DNA of 62,514 nt, the filler included, from Deltaproteobacteria bacterium (GTDB taxonomy: Bacteria > JAEEML01), in NCBI GenBank assembly GCA_016283195.1. It is 3 parts of 3 records of this genome, joined end to end, with 100 filler letters (N's around TTAATTAATTAA, not from the genome) between each part and the next. Parts side by side here need not be neighbours in the genome. Positions count along the whole stretch, not along the records: positions 10,809 to 33,875 come from JAEEML010000011.1; 2 more parts are not named here. One strand, written 5' to 3'. The translations under genes were made by a program, and so were the position numbers. Numbering within the stretch: the stretch's first letter is position 1; each line of letters starts with the position of its first letter. The notes beneath the pieces are model-generated. The model searched no databases. It worked only from the letters and a program-made list of their open reading frames with translations, and had not been told where the DNA came from. Shown here piece after piece: positions 18,090 through 27,743 of this stretch.

Positions 18090-20642
18090 ATGCAACGCAC
18101 AGGATTTGTTCTCGCACTGTTAATGGCCTTTTCGCTAGTCGCTTGTACTCATAACGAGGAGCCGATTCCCCAAAAGCCAAGCACTAACAACAATGGCAAT
18201 GGCAAAGGCAATAACAACAATCAGCCGGTGCCCGGGGCTTGCTCTGATAGTTGTACCGATGGCACGACCTGCTGTGGTGGCAAATGCGTAAATATCACCA
18301 TAGATTCAGACAATTGCGGTAAATGCGATAACAAATGCAGTGATCTGGGCAGCGACCTTGTCTGCAGAAATAATGAGTGTGTCAAAGTTATTTGTGACGA
18401 AGGCGCTGTGCGTTGCAATGTAGCTAACCTGGAGATTTGTCGTAACAATACTTGGGAAATCCACACACCGTGCAAAGACAATACTCCTGTCTGCAGTGAA
18501 GAGCAGAAAAAATGCATTCCCAAACCAGCCAATTGTCAGGAAGGTGTGGGCCGTTGCACAAACAACAAATTGGAAATTTGTGCCGACGGTGATTATGAAG
18601 AAGTAAAAACCTGCGACAACGACAGAGAAATTTGCGATGCCGAGGGCAAAACTTGCAAACTAAAACCAGGTGTCATTTGCGAGGATGATGCTAAAAAATG
18701 TGAAGATAACAAGGTTTGGAGCTGCAGTAACAACACTTGGAGCGTTGTCAAAACCTGCACCGACCAAATGTGCGATGATAAAGCCAAAGATTGTGTTGAC
18801 ATCGTCTGTACAGATGGCGAAAAAGCCTGCCGCGACGGCGATGTTTATGTTTGCGACAGCAATGCTTATACCTTGGATAAAAATTGCGACGACACCACCC
18901 AATTATGTAAAAATAATGAGTGTATTACCAAAGTTTGCTCCGAAGGCGATTTCCGCTGCAATGACAGCGAAAACCGCATGGAATTCTGCAGTAACAATGA
19001 GTGGGTGGGCTCCACACCATGTCGGGATAACGAATACTGCGACAAAGGCGCTACAATCACCGAAACAGTTTGCCGCCCGCTTTGCGGCAATGGCAAAGTT
19101 GATACAGAAAAAGGCGAACTTTGTGATGGCAGCAACCTCGGTGACGGTACCTGTGCCAGTGCCACCGGCGATAGCTCTGCCACCGGCAACGTCACCTGCA
19201 ATGGTAATTGCAAAGGCTTTGTCACTACAGGTTGCCAATATTGCGGCGACGGCGTGAAAAACGGCACCGAAGTTTGTGACGGCTCCGATTTCGGCCCTGC
19301 CACCTGTGCTTCCGTTAAAGATAATGAGTATTCCTCCGGTCTTTTGAAATGCAGCAAAAATTGCCAATCAATTTCCACTGAAAGCTGTACTAATCCCGAG
19401 TGTAGCCCAAAAGATAATTTTGCCTGCAACCAAACCAACACAGTTCTTTCGATGTGCGACCAAGGTACCTGGAAACCTATACAAACATGTACCAAAGAGA
19501 ATCCCATCTGCAAAGCCGATTCTCATAACGGCTGTATTGCCATGGAAGGAGCCTGCGAAGAGAGTAGCATTATTTGTAACGGCAATATAATGCTGGGCTG
19601 TGACAACGGCGAATGGATTCACATGGCGACCTGCTCTGGCGATAAGCCGTACTGCGACCAAGATCTGGTGCAATGTCTGGCTGCCGCTCCGCAATGTACC
19701 AAAGAAGGCGATCTCAAATGCCAAGGCAACACAGTAATGAGATGTTCAAATTATCAATGGGTAACTGATGCAGATTGCACCAAAAAAGATTCCGGTGTGA
19801 ATCCGGTCTGTCTCGATGGTGCCTGTGTGTACAGCACCGAACCATGTACCGGCGATGCCCTCTCCTGTGACAGCAAAGGCGAATCCGTTATCTCCTGTTA
19901 TGAAGGTCACCTCTACTGGAGCTTTAATTGTAAACAATCCACCAACAATACCAAGCCCTATTGCGTAAACAACGGCGAGTGTGCCGCTTCGGCGAATGCC
20001 TGTGCCACCGGCGCAGTTCGTTGTAATGGCCAAAGTTATGAAGAATGCGATGCAGAAGAGTGGGTTCAATTAAGCAATTGCGCCGAAAATGTGCTCAACC
20101 CCACTTGCAATGTATCTGCCAGCCCAAGTGATTACTGTACAGCCGGGTGTTCCAAAGACCATTCAATCTGCCACAATAACAGCGTTTATATGTGCGATGA
20201 AAATCAAGCTTGGATAAATATGGAATCCGATTGCGGTCTATTTACTTGGTGTAATCTCCAGTGGGCTAATGCTGGTAACGCCGGTGGGCGCATTTTACCG
20301 GCAAACGGTAAAGACCAAAACAATTATGAAGGCCGCCTCGTTTGCACTAAAGACGTAAATACCCCGCTTAAAGATTGGGTTTCTGCTGGCGCTGGTACAT
20401 ACAACAGTGGTTGTGATCCTAATAGCTGCGGCAGCAATAAGGAATTCATGAATTCTACCATTACTTTAAACCCCGGCACCTGGTATTGCACATATCAGTT
20501 TAGGGATAAAGAATATGATAACTGGTATGCCTGTCTGCCCAACTTCAAAGAGAACAACGGCCCCGACGGTGGTGCCCCCATTGAGATTCTGCCTACTACC
20601 AAACTAGATATGGGCAAAATCTTCACCATCAATATACAATAA
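18090..20642 (+). CDS. Cys-rich repeat lipoprotein with myxobacterial-type disulfide repeats
   Basis: GAGGAGG RBS; lipobox LVA-C; CGNGKVD..ELCDG and CGDGVKN..EVCDG motifs plus many CxEGxxRC...W repeats. Confidence 0.85.
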   Translation: MQRTGFVLALLMAFSLVACTHNEEPIPQKPSTNNNGNGKGNNNNQPVPGACSDSCTDGTTCCGGKCVNITIDSDNCGKCDNKCSDLGSDLVCRNNECVKVICDEGAVRCNVANLEICRNNTWEIHTPCKDNTPVCSEEQKKCIPKPANCQEGVGRCTNNKLEICADGDYEEVKTCDNDREICDAEGKTCKLKPGVICEDDAKKCEDNKVWSCSNNTWSVVKTCTDQMCDDKAKDCVDIVCTDGEKACRDGDVYVCDSNAYTLDKNCDDTTQLCKNNECITKVCSEGDFRCNDSENRMEFCSNNEWVGSTPCRDNEYCDKGATITETVCRPLCGNGKVDTEKGELCDGSNLGDGTCASATGDSSATGNVTCNGNCKGFVTTGCQYCGDGVKNGTEVCDGSDFGPATCASVKDNEYSSGLLKCSKNCQSISTESCTNPECSPKDNFACNQTNTVLSMCDQGTWKPIQTCTKENPICKADSHNGCIAMEGACEESSIICNGNIMLGCDNGEWIHMATCSGDKPYCDQDLVQCLAAAPQCTKEGDLKCQGNTVMRCSNYQWVTDADCTKKDSGVNPVCLDGACVYSTEPCTGDALSCDSKGESVISCYEGHLYWSFNCKQSTNNTKPYCVNNGECAASANACATGAVRCNGQSYEECDAEEWVQLSNCAENVLNPTCNVSASPSDYCTAGCSKDHSICHNNSVYMCDENQAWINMESDCGLFTWCNLQWANAGNAGGRILPANGKDQNNYEGRLVCTKDVNTPLKDWVSAGAGTYNSGCDPNSCGSNKEFMNSTITLNPGTWYCTYQFRDKEYDNWYACLPNFKENNGPDGGAPIEILPTTKLDMGKIFTINIQ

Positions 20643-20644
20643 TT

Positions 20645-22240
20645 TCAATCTCTAAATACCTTCAATAATTTTTTAAAAAACGGCACCTTGCGAGCCAAAA
20701 CTCCAATGACATCGGCCAGTTCATCACAGCGCAAAATATAAGCCATAACGGCAAATATTAGCACCCCGCCGCCGATTAAGAGGGCGAGAATCAGAATATT
20801 GTAAAAGCTGGTGCCCTCCTGCCAGTGACCCAACATAGCGCCAAAATAGAGGCCTAAAGACATCACCAAAGCGGCAATTAGCGAGCGGGCGCCGGAAAAA
20901 ATAATCTCCTTCCAGTGCAAAAAGCCCACGCGCCGATAAAGGAGTATTTGCAAGACAGTAAACTGCGTCCAAGAGGCAATGCCCAGGCTAAGCGCCAGGC
21001 CGGCATAGGAGAGCGGACCCATTAAAATGAGGGCGGAAGTTATATAAACAGCCAGGGAAAGCCCGGAACACAAAACCGGCGTCTTTGTGTCCTTTAAGGC
21101 AAAAAAGGCCTGGGTAGTCATACGGTTTTGGGCCACGGCACCAAGACCAACCGTGAAGAAGAGGAGCGCAAAAGCCGTTTTTTCGGCCATAAGGGCATTA
21201 AAAGCGCCATGCTGAAAAACGGTGGCAATAATGGGCCGGGCCAAAACCACGAGAGCCAGCGAAGATGGGATGATAATAAAATTGGCAAGTCTTAGAGCAT
21301 AAGACAAAAGTTTCTTAAATTCCGCAAAGTTATTATCAGCGGCAAAACCAGCCAGGCGCGGCAGAGCGGCACTGGCAATGGCCACACCAAAAACGCCCAG
21401 CGGCAGCTGAGTAAAGCGGTCGGCGTTATAAAGATATGTCACACTGCCCTGCTCCAAAAAGCTGGCTAAATAGCGCTGGAGCATAATATTGAGCTCATAA
21501 ATAGAAGTGCCGATGAGTGTTGGCGCCATTAGTAAAAGGATTTTGCGCACTTCCGGCGTCATTTTAAAGCGCGGGCGCGGTAGCATTTTGGCTCGCTTTA
21601 GAGCTATTATCTGCAAGAGCACCTGCGCAAAACCGCCGGCAAGCACACCGGCCACCAGAGCCCAAATTTCTTTGTTATAAAGATTACAATAGAGCACGCT
21701 CACCACAATTATAGTGGCGTTAAAAAGCGCCGGGGCAATGGCCGGGGCCAAAAAGCGGCGCAGAGAGTTCAAAATACCCATGCTAAGGGCCACCATGGCG
21801 GCGCACCAGAGATAGGGAAAGAGCCAGCGGGTAAGTGTCACCGTGAGCTCGAATTTGCCGGGGATTTGCTTAAAACCGCTGGCAAAAAGCGTGGTGATGG
21901 GCCCGGCGGCGAGGACGCCCAAGGCCACCAAAATGGCCACAATGGTGGGAAAGACGCCCAGCGAGGCGGCCACCAGCTTTTTGGCCTCTTCCGGCCCTTT
22001 CTTTTTGTAAGCCTCGGTAAATACAGGCAAAAATGCAATAGTGAGTGAGCCTTCGGCCACCAGTTGGCGCAAAGTATTGGGAATAGTAAAGGCCATGTTG
22101 AAGGCGTCGGTAAAAAGCCCGGCGCCAAAAAGGTGGCTCACCACCACATCGCGAATAAGGCCCAGAACGCGGCTTGCCATAGTGGCAAGACCCACCAGGC
22201 CGGCATCTTTGGCCATAGAAACTGATTCTTCGTTGCTCAC
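20645..22240 (-). CDS. murJ: Lipid II flippase MurJ
   Basis: SRVLGLIRD, AFTIPNTLRQLVAEG, ADRFTQLPLGVFG and FFALKDTKTP motifs. Confidence 0.95.
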   Translation of the reverse strand: MSNEESVSMAKDAGLVGLATMASRVLGLIRDVVVSHLFGAGLFTDAFNMAFTIPNTLRQLVAEGSLTIAFLPVFTEAYKKKGPEEAKKLVAASLGVFPTIVAILVALGVLAAGPITTLFASGFKQIPGKFELTVTLTRWLFPYLWCAAMVALSMGILNSLRRFLAPAIAPALFNATIIVVSVLYCNLYNKEIWALVAGVLAGGFAQVLLQIIALKRAKMLPRPRFKMTPEVRKILLLMAPTLIGTSIYELNIMLQRYLASFLEQGSVTYLYNADRFTQLPLGVFGVAIASAALPRLAGFAADNNFAEFKKLLSYALRLANFIIIPSSLALVVLARPIIATVFQHGAFNALMAEKTAFALLFFTVGLGAVAQNRMTTQAFFALKDTKTPVLCSGLSLAVYITSALILMGPLSYAGLALSLGIASWTQFTVLQILLYRRVGFLHWKEIIFSGARSLIAALVMSLGLYFGAMLGHWQEGTSFYNILILALLIGGGVLIFAVMAYILRCDELADVIGVLARKVPFFKKLLKVFRD

Positions 22241-23523
22241 TGTTTTTCTGCCTTTTTGGCGCTTTTACCTATTGGCCAACCGCCGCCTCTTTTGACATTT
22301 TGCGGCCAAAGGTTAATCTTTTCGCCGGCTAAAATGGCGTTAATACCGCCGGTAGGACAACATTTATCCTGCGCCCGGCATTCATCAGTACAACGGTGCT
22401 CGCTTATAGCCAAATTTTCGGGCTCATTATAGGCGCAAATAAGGCCCTCAAAGTTGCGGAAGAGCACTTTGCCGGGAGCCATGGAGATGAGATAATTAGG
22501 CTCCAAAAAGACTTTGCCGCCGCCGTCTGGCAGATCAACCGCATAAGTCGGCACGGCCATGCCGGAGGTGTGCCCGCGCAAAAGTTCCATAATTTCAACA
22601 CCTTTGGCAATAGAAGTGCGAAAATGGCTGTTACCTTTGGCCAGATCACATTGAAAAAGATAATATGGGCGCACCCTATTTTTTACCAGCTCATGGCAGA
22701 GCTTTTTGATGGTATAGGGGCAATCGTTGACACCGCGCAAAAGCACTGTCTGGTTATTGATGGGAATACCGTGATCCACCAGAGTAGCGCAGGCCGCCCT
22801 AGCCTCTTTAGTGAGCTCATTAGGGTGATTAAAATGCGTATGGCAATAAAGCGGCGCATAACGGCGCAGCATAGTGGCCAGCTCCTCGGTAATACGCTGC
22901 GGGCAGACCACCGGCATGCGGGTGCAGAGGCGGATAACTTCCAAATGCTCTATGGCTCTAAGGCGCTTTAAAATTGGTTCCAGCCGCTCATCTTCCAAAG
23001 TGAGCGGGTCGCCGCCACTAACTAGAACATCGCGTATTTGCTCGGTTTTTTCCAAATACTCAAAGGCAGGTTCCAGCTCATTTAGGGGCACCGGGTGGTC
23101 CACATGGCCGGCATAGCGGCGGCGCGTACAATGGCGGCAATACATAGCGCATTGGTCGGTCACCAAAAGAAGCGCCCTATCCGGGTAGCGATGCGTCAAA
23201 TAAGGCGCTGGCGAATCGCGCTCTTCACCGAGCGGGTCGATAAAACCGGCCGCATCCTCCGCCAGCTCTTCCACTCTGGGCACCGCTTGCAATCTAATGG
23301 GATCCTGCGGATCGTCTTTTTTTATCAGCGCGGCATAATAAGGCGTAATGGCCATTCTGAGAGAGCTCAGGCACTTTTCTATCCCGGCTGCCTCTTCTGG
23401 CGAAATGCCAAGAAATTCCACTAGCTGCGCCGTTGTGGTCAGGCGGTTTTTCAGCTGCCAGTGCCAATCGTTCCATTCGGCGGGGGAAGCGGAAAATATC
23501 GATGGTGTTGGTTTAGTGGTCAT
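22237..23523 (-). CDS. kamA: Lysine 2,3-aminomutase (radical SAM)
   Basis: WNDWHWQL, THRYPDR, CAMYCRHCTR, SGGDPL, NQTVLLRGVND, LRGHTSG, GGGK and RNFEG motifs; 428 aa. Confidence 0.9.
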   Translation of the reverse strand: MTTKPTPSIFSASPAEWNDWHWQLKNRLTTTAQLVEFLGISPEEAAGIEKCLSSLRMAITPYYAALIKKDDPQDPIRLQAVPRVEELAEDAAGFIDPLGEERDSPAPYLTHRYPDRALLLVTDQCAMYCRHCTRRRYAGHVDHPVPLNELEPAFEYLEKTEQIRDVLVSGGDPLTLEDERLEPILKRLRAIEHLEVIRLCTRMPVVCPQRITEELATMLRRYAPLYCHTHFNHPNELTKEARAACATLVDHGIPINNQTVLLRGVNDCPYTIKKLCHELVKNRVRPYYLFQCDLAKGNSHFRTSIAKGVEIMELLRGHTSGMAVPTYAVDLPDGGGKVFLEPNYLISMAPGKVLFRNFEGLICAYNEPENLAISEHRCTDECRAQDKCCPTGGINAILAGEKINLWPQNVKRGGGWPIGKSAKKAEKQ

Positions 23524-23720
23524 GTTTTTTGGTCCTTAAAAATCTCTTTGTTGTCCTGCACAATTTCTCATCCTTTAGCTCTCCCGCCAAGGCTTTTTTC
23601 AAAGCTGCTGCACAGTGCCGGGCTGCTTTGGGCTTTGGATTGTGGGCTGTGTTTTTTCCGGTTTGTTTCCCCTTAAAGTACCCCTCAGTTCATTTGGGCT
23701 TAAGGATGCTTATAATTTAT

Positions 23721-26360
23721 TTAAAATAATTCTCTATACTGACTAGATTTTTCCTCATCTTGCAAATACGGTAGTACAGCATTCAAAATTTTCTCACTCC
23801 ATTCGGCATGAAATTTTGCCATACGTGGCCAATCAGCCTCATTCTTTATACTAACTCCTGACAAGCTAATGGAAATACTAGAAGCCTTGCAATCATTTGC
23901 ACGTTCCCAATTGAGAAGTACATCAAGAGCTTTTTCAATTTGGGTTTTATGGCGATACAAACAATCGAAAGCGGATTTATTTTTGGCTTGTACGCTATTA
24001 CCAAACCATAAATCAACTCTAGCCATATCATAAAGGGCCACACAATTAATTGAGAAACCGCTAATACCAAAATGACCACTCTCATAATGTGAGATTCTTG
24101 GAGTACACTTATTAAATGTTTCGCGCTCCATATTTTGTTTTTGTATTATGGGCAATGCATATTCCCAATAACGCCTACGTATTTCAAAGCGAGCTGTCTC
24201 TGAGTTTTTTGACTTTTCCATATCTTCCAAAAAGAAGAGTAAATCCATCGGATCAGCACCATATAATTGAAATAACCTGCGTAGAATAGTAAGTTTTAGT
24301 GAGGTATTGCTATTTAGTTCTATGTAAATATTATTCGCTATTTTAAGTGGAGTTCTAAGAGAACTTTCTGTATTTGTAATATACCTGGCAAGATAGGCTG
24401 TAGAATTTTGTCCATAGGCCAACCTTGTCAATGCTGCCTTTCTAGCTGGAGAGAGCTCATTACAGTTATTTTGGTTATAAGCCAAGTTAAGAAGTACACT
24501 TTGATCTTTTGAATGCAACATTCTGATGATTTGTTCAAACATATCCCGCCAACTGTCAACTGGTCGTTCAATATTTTGATAACTATACTTCACAATAGCT
24601 CGCCCACTGAGATCGATATTCTCATCATCTAGTGTACAAGTATCATTTTCTTTTTTCAGCGGTTCAAAAGAGGTTTTTGGGTATGCCCAAATCTTTATTG
24701 CTAAATCAAGCATATTTTTATTGCGTTCTTCTAATTCCAACAGGCCCCATGATTCCTTGCTGGCAATCTTTTGACTCATTCTAAGCCCACTGGCTTTATA
24801 GCCACTTTCCTCAGCGTCACGCTTTTCTTTAAAAGTTTTATCGCTTAAACTTGGATTATACCCGCTAAGAGTAAGATTGGCCAAGCGATGCAACCAAATA
24901 TGATGAATTTCTACAGCATTTGGGCCAAGGGCTGCAGCCCAAGCTGGAGTTAAATGCTGCGGCATTATATGTTCGATGGTATATACATTGTTGTCGAGAT
25001 GAGTATAAACGTCCTTGGTTTCAATAGTGCCATAATTTTCAAAGCGTTCAAACAAATAAGCCTTATATTTACCACGCATCAAATAAATCTGTTTTTCAGC
25101 CAGAGTCTCCGTAAACTCTTTATCATCTGGAAAACGTCCGCTTTCTTTCTTAGTCACAAGAGCATATATAAGTTTTGGCACATAGTTATTAGCTGTATTA
25201 TCGTACCGCAAAATTTCCCTGTTTAAATTAACAAATATTTTGTTTAGAGCATTGGTTGGCACTTCACAAATATTTCTTCTAAATAGATAATTTTCCGTAA
25301 TTTCAAAAGTTTGCAATACATCATCAGTGGATATTCTGCCTTCTTGATTGAGCCTGAATACTTCCATTAAAAATGGGCGGGTAACAGTTATCTCCAAACG
25401 CATCATTCGGTAAAGACAGTCATCAAGTTTTTGACTTTTTAATCCACTTTGGCAGTTCAACAATTTTTCATAAAAACGAGCATATTTGCGCAAATCTTCC
25501 AATAAGCTTTCTATTGATTCATGAGTGTTAGCGGCATATTCTTTAAAAGCACGGTAAACATTACTAATATTAGGTGTAACCAGCTGTTTTATGCTGAGAT
25601 AATCACGGACGAAACCGCTGACATCATTTTTAGTACATTTCTCGATAGTTAACCAATAGGTATTATAGAACCTGCTTTGCTCTTTGGCAGGTTGCCCCAT
25701 AAGTATGTAGTTCCTTATCTTATCACCTTCAGTTAAAGCAAGCCCAGTCGAGTTTAAACTCTCAAAAATAAGCTGTGCATTATCACCAGGTTCAAGAGTT
25801 ATACTAATAATTTCTAATTTTCCAATAGCATTATACAAATCGTCAATTGTTACTTCCTCTTTTAGAAGCTGCTCATAGAAAAAACGGTAGTTCAGTGTAA
25901 GATTTGAAGCTTGGTCATAATCTTCTTCTTCACAAAAAAGTTTGCTGAGAGAATTTCGGTCATTTTCTACTGGCTTCAACTTGATTTTGTCACCATCACT
26001 TGCCCAAGGAGAAATCAGAAAACGCTGTTTAATTTGTTCATTTAGTTTTTCCTGTTTGGAACTGATTTTTCCTTGACCAATGATATTGCTTATAGCAAGC
26101 AACAAAAGCGTCACCGTAGTGAGACGCTGCTGTCCATCTATGATATGATATTCAACTTTATTACCATTCGGTATAACTGAAGATACAATACTGCCAAAAA
26201 AGTGGTTGTCACGTTTGTCTTGAATTATTTTTTTTAGGTCTTCATAAAGCTGTGCACAATTTTCCTGCTTCCAGTCATATTTTCGCTGATAAACAGGTAT
26301 AATGTAGCGTTTATCGGCACCTTCCATAAAAGCTGTCATTTTCGCTTCAGAACCTTTCAT
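23721..26360 (-). CDS. GmrSD-like type IV restriction protein (DUF262 + DUF1524/HNH + accessory domains, C-terminal DUF4268-like)
   Basis: IPVYQRKYDW, IIDGQQRLTT and IFESLNSTG (DUF262); TIEHIMPQ and LANLTL (DUF1524); C-terminal RRRYWE...LNWER...WPRMAKF; AT-rich relative to its flanks. Confidence 0.85.
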   Translation of the reverse strand: MKGSEAKMTAFMEGADKRYIIPVYQRKYDWKQENCAQLYEDLKKIIQDKRDNHFFGSIVSSVIPNGNKVEYHIIDGQQRLTTVTLLLLAISNIIGQGKISSKQEKLNEQIKQRFLISPWASDGDKIKLKPVENDRNSLSKLFCEEEDYDQASNLTLNYRFFYEQLLKEEVTIDDLYNAIGKLEIISITLEPGDNAQLIFESLNSTGLALTEGDKIRNYILMGQPAKEQSRFYNTYWLTIEKCTKNDVSGFVRDYLSIKQLVTPNISNVYRAFKEYAANTHESIESLLEDLRKYARFYEKLLNCQSGLKSQKLDDCLYRMMRLEITVTRPFLMEVFRLNQEGRISTDDVLQTFEITENYLFRRNICEVPTNALNKIFVNLNREILRYDNTANNYVPKLIYALVTKKESGRFPDDKEFTETLAEKQIYLMRGKYKAYLFERFENYGTIETKDVYTHLDNNVYTIEHIMPQHLTPAWAAALGPNAVEIHHIWLHRLANLTLSGYNPSLSDKTFKEKRDAEESGYKASGLRMSQKIASKESWGLLELEERNKNMLDLAIKIWAYPKTSFEPLKKENDTCTLDDENIDLSGRAIVKYSYQNIERPVDSWRDMFEQIIRMLHSKDQSVLLNLAYNQNNCNELSPARKAALTRLAYGQNSTAYLARYITNTESSLRTPLKIANNIYIELNSNTSLKLTILRRLFQLYGADPMDLLFFLEDMEKSKNSETARFEIRRRYWEYALPIIQKQNMERETFNKCTPRISHYESGHFGISGFSINCVALYDMARVDLWFGNSVQAKNKSAFDCLYRHKTQIEKALDVLLNWERANDCKASSISISLSGVSIKNEADWPRMAKFHAEWSEKILNAVLPYLQDEEKSSQYRELF

Positions 26361-26522
26361 TTTTAATACTCCCGTACTCAAAGTACATCTACTGGTGTTC
26401 TTTCCAAAGAAAACCCTGCCATTTTCAGAATCTTCACTCTTCCAACTTTTGCCAATCTATTGGCCTCCATCGTTAGTTGCCAATCACAAAAACCAATTTC
26501 ATTTATCGGCCTTCTTTTTGTT

Positions 26523-27095
26523 TTAAAGCAGCTGGTACATAAATATACAGCCTTCATCGTATTTGGGCTTCACATGCTGATGCACAAATTTCTCATCCTC
26601 TGGCTCAAATCGGTTAAAGCCCATCACCTTGTAATGCTCGATGAGCTTGTCATGGGGCAGCGCATAGATGTAAATTGCTTGAATACCTACAAAGGTCCTT
26701 ATGTATTTTACAAGCGGAAGCACAAAGTCGGCAAACACGACCGAACCGAGATTTTTTGCATTGGGGTGATTCTGCCTGTAAGAGAAATTAACGGCAAAAT
26801 TGGAAAGCTCCACCGCTGAAATAGAATAAAAATAGCCGTTGCCAGCATCGATTGTGAAAAGCCCAGTTTTCAGCGAGAAATAGGCAGCAAGTTCATGAGT
26901 GAATTTGTCTTTCACAAGATACGTCCTGGCAGATCCGTCTTTCTCGTCAGACTGGGCAAGTTCCTTCAAATAGCGTTCCAGACCGTAACCAGAAGTGTTT
27001 GCCACGCAAAAATCATAAATAAGCTTTTGATTGTCGGAGGAATCAAAAAGATGCTCGTAGTAGAAAAGGTCTGTTTCAAGCGGCAGAAAAATCAT
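26523..27095 (-). CDS. GNAT-family acetyltransferase, toxin-like
   Basis: LERYLK..A, ARTYLV, AAYFSL, AVELSNFAVN, LG, and LIEHYKVMGF patterns typical of AtaT/TacT-like GNATs. Confidence 0.7.
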   Translation of the reverse strand: MIFLPLETDLFYYEHLFDSSDNQKLIYDFCVANTSGYGLERYLKELAQSDEKDGSARTYLVKDKFTHELAAYFSLKTGLFTIDAGNGYFYSISAVELSNFAVNFSYRQNHPNAKNLGSVVFADFVLPLVKYIRTFVGIQAIYIYALPHDKLIEHYKVMGFNRFEPEDEKFVHQHVKPKYDEGCIFMYQLL

Positions 27096-27273
27096 TACTT
27101 TGCTCCTTACCCTCCGCCCGCATCATTTCTAAGGCCGTTTTCTCATACTCATCAGCAATTTTACGCAACTTCGGAAAGTCTGCCTTCGGGGAATTGAGAA
27201 TCTTCAAAAGCACATCTTTTCCTTTGCTGGCCGGAATGTCATTTATTGTCTGAAAACGACCGATTGAAGCCAT
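27076..27273 (-). CDS. Small protein overlapping the GNAT gene, putative antitoxin
   Basis: 65 aa; GGAGG RBS; overlaps the GNAT start by 20 nt. Confidence 0.6.
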   Translation of the reverse strand: MASIGRFQTINDIPASKGKDVLLKILNSPKADFPKLRKIADEYEKTALEMMRAEGKEQSNDFSAA

Positions 27274-27385
27274 AACACACCTCCGTTATTTTATTGAACA
27301 AGTTCGGAAAACAATGGGCCTTCCGAATACGTCAATTATAGCATAATTGTAGAAAAAACGCTTCTATCCATCAGACATTTTGCCA

Positions 27386-27583
27386 TCACTCCGGCAATAT
27401 CTTCAAATAGCTGTCCAAGCGCGCATTGATATACCTCGCAAATAGGCTTTCCATCGCCGAAAGCTCGTGTTTAACGTAGTAGTCATCGAAAGCGTTATAA
27501 TATGCCATCCTATCCGTAAATTTTATATCAATGGGCGGATATTCCGCTTTCATCAGTTTCAAATTCACCAGCAGCCGGCCTGT
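27386..27583 (-). pseudogene. 3' remnant of a Fic-family gene
   Basis: TGRLLVNLKLMKAEYPPIDIKFTDRMAYY matches the region following the Fic motif HPFxDGNGRTGR; the motif and N-terminus are absent. Confidence 0.75.
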
Positions 27584-27743
27584 CCACGCGCTCTGATTCT
27601 CCTATCAGAAATGCCCCATTTGGCTGCTACCTCTTTTACTGTTATATACATAGGTCCTCACCTCAAAGCTGATGCAGAATAGACCATATTAGCGGAATAA
27701 TAGCAAGCTCGGCGGAATAATATTTGGCCAGTTGGCGGAACTA

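Noticed and set aside
22237-23523. EpmB (EF-P modification) assignment
   Set aside because: Length, the C-terminal RNFEG region and the absence of efp/epmA favour KamA/AblA.
23524-23720. Possible lysine riboswitch upstream of kamA
   Set aside because: No recognisable L-box conserved segments or terminator could be found by eye.
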